Assembly (NCBI RefSeq): GCF_009914755.1
Contig: NC_060926.1
Length of the DNA stretch: 64,000 bases
DNA from: the human T2T-CHM13v2.0 reference genome, Homo sapiens
Reading direction: 5' to 3' (one strand)
Shown here: piece by piece, positions 56,367 to 64,000 of the stretch
Layout: the number at the start of each line of letters is the position of its first letter
How positions within the stretch are numbered: position 1 is the first letter of the stretch
Notes under the pieces: model-generated
What the model saw: the letters and a program-made list of their open reading frames with translations, nothing else
Database searches by the model: none
Told to the model about the DNA's origin: nothing
Program-made: the position numbers and the translations under genes

Positions 56367-59300
56367 AAAATACCTTCATAAGGACCAAAAATCAGGTGAG
56401 TACTCACAGTACCTCATTTTAACTTCATATAACTGAAAGAGGAACTGGAAGAGGGTAGGAAAGACAGTCTTGAATCACTGATGTCACACCTCCCTCATCC
56501 CCAGGCAGCTGCTTGGTGCAGAGAGAGAATCTGCACTTAAGAGAGGGAGAGCACAGGAATTGTGAGATATTGGATTGAACTTGGTGCTGCCCTATCACAG
56601 CGGAAAGCAAAACCATACTGAACTCAGGTGATGCCCGCCAACAAAAGGAGTATTTAAATCAGCCCTAGCCAAAGGAGAATTGTCCATCTCAGCGGTCGGA
56701 ACTTCAGTTTCAAAAAGCCTCGGGCCCTAAATTAACTTGAAATACAGTCTAGGCCACAAGGACTGCAACTTCTGTGTGAGTCCTAGGGCTGAATTGGGCT
56801 CAGAGCCAGTGAACTTAGGGGGCATGTGACCTACTGAGGCACCAGTTAGGGCAACTAAGGGAGTGCCTGTCTGCACCAACTGTCCCACAACCCCAGGGAG
56901 CACAGCTTGTGACTACAAAGAAGATACCTTTTTTCCACTTAAAAAAAGAGGGAAGAGTAAAGAAGATTTTGTCATGCATCTTGGAAACCAGCTCAGCCAC
57001 AGCAGGAAAGGACACCAGTCAGAGTCATCGTGAGGGCCCTGTTCCAGGCCGTAGCTCCCAGACAAAATTTCTAGACACACCCTGGGCCAGAAGGGAACTC
57101 ACTGCCTTGAAGGGAAGGAGCCAGTCCCAGCAGGACTCATAATGACTAAAGAGTCCTTAGGTCCTGAATAATCAGCAGTGATACCCAAGTAGTTCATCGA
57201 GGGCCTTGGGTGAGACTCTGAAACTTGCTGACTTCAGGTGAGACTCAGCACATTCCCAGCTATGGTAGCTATGAGGAGATATCCTTGTATGTGAGAAAAG
57301 CAAAGGGAAAAGTAAAGGGGACTTTGTTTTGCACCTTAGGTACCAGCTCTGCCACAGAGAGGTAGCACACCAAGTGGGCTCATGGGGTCCCCAATTCCAA
57401 GCCTTGGGTCCTGGAAGGCATTTTGGTACATGCTCTGGGTCAGATGGGAGCCCACTGCCCTGAAGGGTGAGGCCCAGACCAGGCAGCATTCACTACAAGC
57501 TGGCTGAAGAGTTTTGGGACCTTAAGGGAATATCAGCAGTAGGCTGGCAGTACTCCCTGAAAGCCTGTGGTAATGGGGGCCATAGGATGAGGCTTCCCTG
57601 CCATTGGAAAGGGGAGGGGAGAGTGGGAAAGACCCCATCTCATGGTTTGAGTGCCAGCTCAGCCACAGTAAAATAAAATGCTAAGTAGACTTCTAAGGTT
57701 TTTTATTTCTGTCCCAGCCCCCAAATGGTAACTCTGAAACCAAATGGGGTCCAGCAGAACATGCCACCCTCAAGATGAGAGACACAAGCCTTGCTGGCTT
57801 TGCTGTCTGCTGATTGTAAAGCCCTAGGGCCATGAGCAAATAGAGGCAGTAGCCAGGTAGTGGTTACAGCAGGCTTGAGTGAGACCCAGTGCTCTGCTGG
57901 CTTTAGGTCTGACTCAGTGCAATCCCAATTGTAGTGGCCACAGGGGTGCTTGTGTCACTTCACCCCCAGTTCCAGGCGGCTCAGAACACAAAGATAAATT
58001 CCATTTCCTCTGGAAAAGGTAAAAGAAAAGAACAAGAGTCTCTGCCTGGTAATCAAAAGAATTCTTCTGCATCTTATCCAAGACCATCAAGGTGGTACCT
58101 CTATGAGTCTGCAAGAACCACAGTGTTACTGGGATTGAGATGCCTCCTAATAAAGATATGGCTTATATCACAACACCCAAGTTCTTTCTAATACATGGAA
58201 ATCCTTCCTAAGAAGGACAGGTACAAACAAGGCCAGATTGTAAAGACTGCACTAAATCCTAACTCTTCGATTTCAAGACAGAGATGAACATCCACAAGCA
58301 TTAAGAACATTCAGGAAAATATGACATCACCAAATGAACTAAATAAGACACCAGGGACCAATCCTGGAGAAACAGAGATATGTGACCTTTCAGACAGAAA
58401 ATTTAAAATAGCTGTGTTAAGAAAATGCAAAGAAATTCAAGATAACGCAAAGAAGAAATTCAGAATTCTATCAGATAAATTGAAAAAGGAGATTAAAATA
58501 ATTAAAAAGAATTAAGCAGAAATTCTGGAGTTAGAACATACAATTCACAGGCTGAAGAATGCATCAGTCTTTTAATAGCAGAATTGATTAAGTAGAAGAA
58601 AGAATTAGTGAGCTTAAAGGCAGACTATTTGAAAACACAGTCAGAAGAGAGAAAAGAAAAAAGAATAAAAAACAAAGAAGCAAGCCTACAAGATTGAAAA
58701 AAAATAGCCTCAAATGGCAAATCTAAGAGTTATTGGCCTTAAAATGAAGGTAGAGATAGGGTAGAAAGTTTATTCAAAGCGATAATAACACAGAATGTCC
58801 CAAACCTAGAGAAAGATATCAATATCCAAATACAAGAAGGTTATAGAATAAGTAGATTTAATCCAAAGAAGCCTACCTCAAGGCATTTAATAATCAAACT
58901 CTCAAAGGTCAAAGATAAAGAAAGGACCTTAAAAGCAACAAGAGAAAAGAAACTAATAACATACACTACAGCTTGAATATGTCTGCCAGCCATTTTTTTC
59001 AGTGGAAACTTCACAGGCCAGGAGAGAGTGGTATGACACATTCAAAATGCTGAAGGAAACAGAAACTTATAGAAAACCTATTATATACTTTTACAGAATA
59101 ATATATCCAGTGAAAATATCCTTCAAATATAAAGAAGTAGTGAAAACTTTCCCAGACAGACAAAAGCTGAGGGATTTCATCAGACCTTTCCTACAAGAAA
59201 TGCTAAAAGGAGTACTTCAATTAGAAAAAAAAAAAAAAGGATGTTAATGAACAATAAGAAATCAACTGAAGGTACAAAGCTTACTGGTAATAGTAAGTAC

Positions 59301-59885
59301 ACAAAAAACTATATAATATGATAAAACTGTAGCTGTGGTATGTAAACTATTTTTAAATAGAAAGACTAAAAGATGAACCAATCAAAAATAATAACTACAA
59401 ATTTTCAGGAAATTGACAGTACAATGAGATATAAATAGAAACAAAAAAGTTGAAAAGTGGGGGTAAAGTTATAGAGTTTTTATTAGTTTTCTTTTTGCTT
59501 GTTTATGAAAAGAGAATTAAGTTGTTATCAACTTAAAATAATGGATTATAAGATAGTATTTGCAAGCCTCATGTAGCCTCAAATCAAAAAACATAAAATG
59601 GACACACAAAAAAATTAAAAGTTAAAAGTTAAATCATACCACCAGAAAAAATAATTGTCACTAAAAGGAAGACAAGAAGGAAGGAAAGAGAAAGAGAAAA
59701 AAACAACCAGAAAACAAATAGCAAAAAGGCAAGAATAAGTTCTCACTTATCATTAATAACATTGAATGTAAATGGACCAACCTCTCCAATCAAAAGAAAT
59801 AGACTGGCTGATTTGATGAAAATGCAAGATCCAATAATCTGTTGCCTACAAGAAACACACTTCACCTATAAAGACAAACATAGAC

Positions 59886-60186
<301 letters not shown>

Positions 60187-60848
60187 AAAGACACAAATAG
60201 ACTGAAAATAAAGGACTAGAAAATGATATTCCATACCAATGAAAATCAAAAAAGAACAGAAGTGCCTATACTTATGTCAACAACATAGATTTCAAAAAAA
60301 AAAAAACTACAAGAAGAGACAAGCAAGGTCACTATATAATGATAAAGGGGTCAATTCAGCAAGAAGATATAACAATTTTAAATATATATGCACCCAACAC
60401 TGGAGCATTCAGATATATAAAGAAAATATTATTAGGGCTAAGGAGATAGATAGACTCCAATATTAGCTGAAGACTTCAACACCCCACTTTCAGCATTGGA
60501 CAGATCCTCCAGACAGAAAACCAACGAAGAAACATCTGACTTAATCTGCACTATACAGCAATGGACCTATTACATATTTACACAACATTTCATCCAACTG
60601 CTGCAGAATATACATGCTTTTTCTCAGCAAATGGATCACTCTCAAGGACAGGCCATATGTTAGGTCACAAAACAAGCCTTAAAACGTTCAAAAATTGAAA
60701 TTATATCAAGCATCTTCTCTGACCACAATGGAATACAACTAGAAATCAAGAATGAGAGGAATTTTGGAAACAATACAGACATATGGAAATTAAAAAATAT
60801 GCTCCTGAATGACCAATATGTCAATGAAGAAATTAAGAAGAAAATTGA

Positions 60849-61752
60849 GGGGGAGGAGCCAAGATGGCCGAATAGGAACAGCTCCAGTCTACAGCTCCCA
60901 GCGTGAGCGACGCAGAAGACGGGTGATTTCTGCATTTCCATCTGAGGTACCGGGTTCATCTCACTAGGGAGTTCCAGAGAGTGGGCGCAGGACAGTGGGT
61001 GCGCGCACCATGCGAGAGCCGAAGCAGGGCGAGGCATTGCCTCACCTGGGAAGCGCAAGGGGTCAGGGAGTTCCCTTTCCGAGTCAAAGAAAGGGGTGAC
61101 GGACACACCTGGAAAATCGGGTCACTCCCACCCGAATATTGCGCTTTTCAGACCGGCTTAAAAACGGCGCACCACGAGACTATATCCCACACCTGGCTCG
61201 GAGGGTCCTACGCCCACGGAATCTCGCTGATTGCTAGCACAGCAGTCTGAGATCAAACTGCAAGGCGGCAGCGAGGCTGGGGGAGGGGCGCCCGCCATTG
61301 CCCAGCCTTGCTTAGGTAAACAAAGCGGCCAGGAAGCTTGAACTGGGTGGAGCCCACCACAGCTCAAGGAGGCCTGCCTGCCTCTGTAGGCTCCACCTCT
61401 GGGGGCAGGGCACAGACAAACAAAAAGATAGCAGTAACCTCTGCAGACTTAAATGTCCCTGTCTGACAGCTTTGAAGAGAGCAGTGGTTCTCCCAGCATG
61501 CAGCTGGAGATCTGAGAACGGGCAGACTGCCTCCTCAAGTGGGTCCCTGACCCCTGACCCCTGAGCAGCCTAACTGGGAGGCACCCCCAGCAGGGGCACA
61601 CTGACACCTCACACGGCAGGGTATTCCAACAGACCTGCAGCTGAGGGTCCTGTCTGTTAGAAGGAAAAATAACAAACAGAAAGGACATCCACACCGAAAA
61701 CCCATCTGTACATCACCATCATCAAAGACCAAAAGTAGATAAAACCACAAAG
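60849..61752 (+). promoter_or_regulatory. L1 internal sense/antisense promoter with intact YY1 site (60860-60869)
   Basis: CAAGATGGCC is intact and many CpGs are retained. The promoter function is established L1 biology, not shown here. Confidence 0.8.
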
Positions 61753-62773
61753 ATGGGGAAAAAACAGAACAGAAAAACTGGAAACTCTAAAACGCAGAGC
61801 GCCTCTCCTCTTCCAAAGGAACGCAGTTCCTCACCAGCAACGGAACAAAGCTGGATGGAGAATGATTTTGACGAGCTGAGAGAAGAAGGCTTCAGACGAT
61901 CAAATTACTCTGAGCTACGGGAGGACATTCAAACCAAAGGCAAAGAAGTTGAAAACTTTGAAAAAAATTTAGAAGAATGTATAACTAGAATAACCAATAC
62001 AGAGAAGTGCTTAAAGGAGCTGATGGAGCTGAAAACCAAGGCTCGAGAACTACGTGAAGAATGAATGCAGAAGCCTCAGGAGCCAATGCGATCAACTGGA
62101 AGAAAGGGTATCAGCAATGGAAGATGAAATGAATGAAATGAAGCGAGAAGGGAAGTTTAGAGAAAAAAGAATAAAAAGAAATGAGCAAAGCCTCCAAGAA
62201 ATATGGGACTATGTGAAAAGACCAAATTTACGTCTGATTGGTGTACCTGAAAGTGATGCGGAGAATGGAACCAAGTTGGAAAACACTCTGCAGGATATTA
62301 TCCAGGAGAACTTCCCCAACCTAGCAAGGCAGGCCAACGTTCAGATTCAGGAAATACAGAGAATGCCACAAAGATACTCCTCGAGAAGAGCAACTCCAAG
62401 ACACATAATTGTCAGATTCACCAAAGTTGAAATGAAGGAAAAAGTGTTAAGGGCAGCCAGAGAGAAAGGTCGGGTTACCCTCAAAGGGAAGCCCATCAGA
62501 CTAACAGCAGATCTCTTGTCAGAAACCCTACAAGCCAGAAGAGAGTGGGGGCCAATATTCAACATTCTTAAAGAAAAGAATTTTCAACCCAGAATTTCAT
62601 ATCCAGCCAAACTAAGCTTCATAAGTGAAGGAGAAATAAAATACTTTACAGACAAGCAAATGCTGAGAGATTTTGTCACCACCAGGCCTGCCCTAAAAGA
62701 GCTCCTGAAGGAAGTGCTAAACATGGAAAGGAACAACTGGTACGAGCCGCTGCAAAATCATGCCAAAATGTAG
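61753..62773 (+). pseudogene. L1 ORF1p broken by a 4-bp duplication
   Basis: GAAGAATGAATGCAG near 62056-62070 gives TGA at 62062-62064 after 103 aa. The remainder continues in another frame (62054-62773). Confidence 0.93.
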
Positions 62774-62819
62774 ACAATCGAGACTAGGAAGAAACTGCAT
62801 CAACTAACGAGCAAAATAA

Positions 62820-64000
<1,181 letters not shown>

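Noticed and set aside
56990-57700. Dispersed direct repeats (CCAGCTCAGCCACAG, CACTGCC.TGAAGGG) that might suggest an array
   Set aside because: Intrinsic tandem structure of the L1M1-type 5'UTR; not CRISPR-like, and the DNA is eukaryotic.

Overview
Hominid (human or great-ape type) genomic DNA made almost entirely of interspersed repeats. I can support no host protein-coding gene, RNA gene or new biological system, and every long ORF in the track traces to L1, MaLR or Alu sequence. Two outward-facing primate L1 5' ends bracket the window. The left one (minus strand, 1-2260) is L1PA4/early-L1PA3 type and keeps the 129-bp 5'UTR segment targeted by ZNF93. The right one (plus strand, 60849-64000) is L1PA2-like, lacks that segment, has a frameshifted ORF1 and an ORF2 open to the window edge. 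The right element is the innermost of three same-orientation nested L1s (51822-64000). The window also holds two full-length MaLR proviruses (THE1 and MSTA-like), solo LTRs, two 5'-inverted (twin-primed) L1s, Alus with TSDs, hAT/Tigger MITEs, MIR and L2. The most notable observations are a duplication overwriting the presumed ZNF93 site, a THE1 provirus with non-matching LTRs, three independent overlapping-hairpin scars with the same architecture, and a few candidate cis-regulatory clusters. Subfamily names come from remembered consensus diagnostics, not from a database search.
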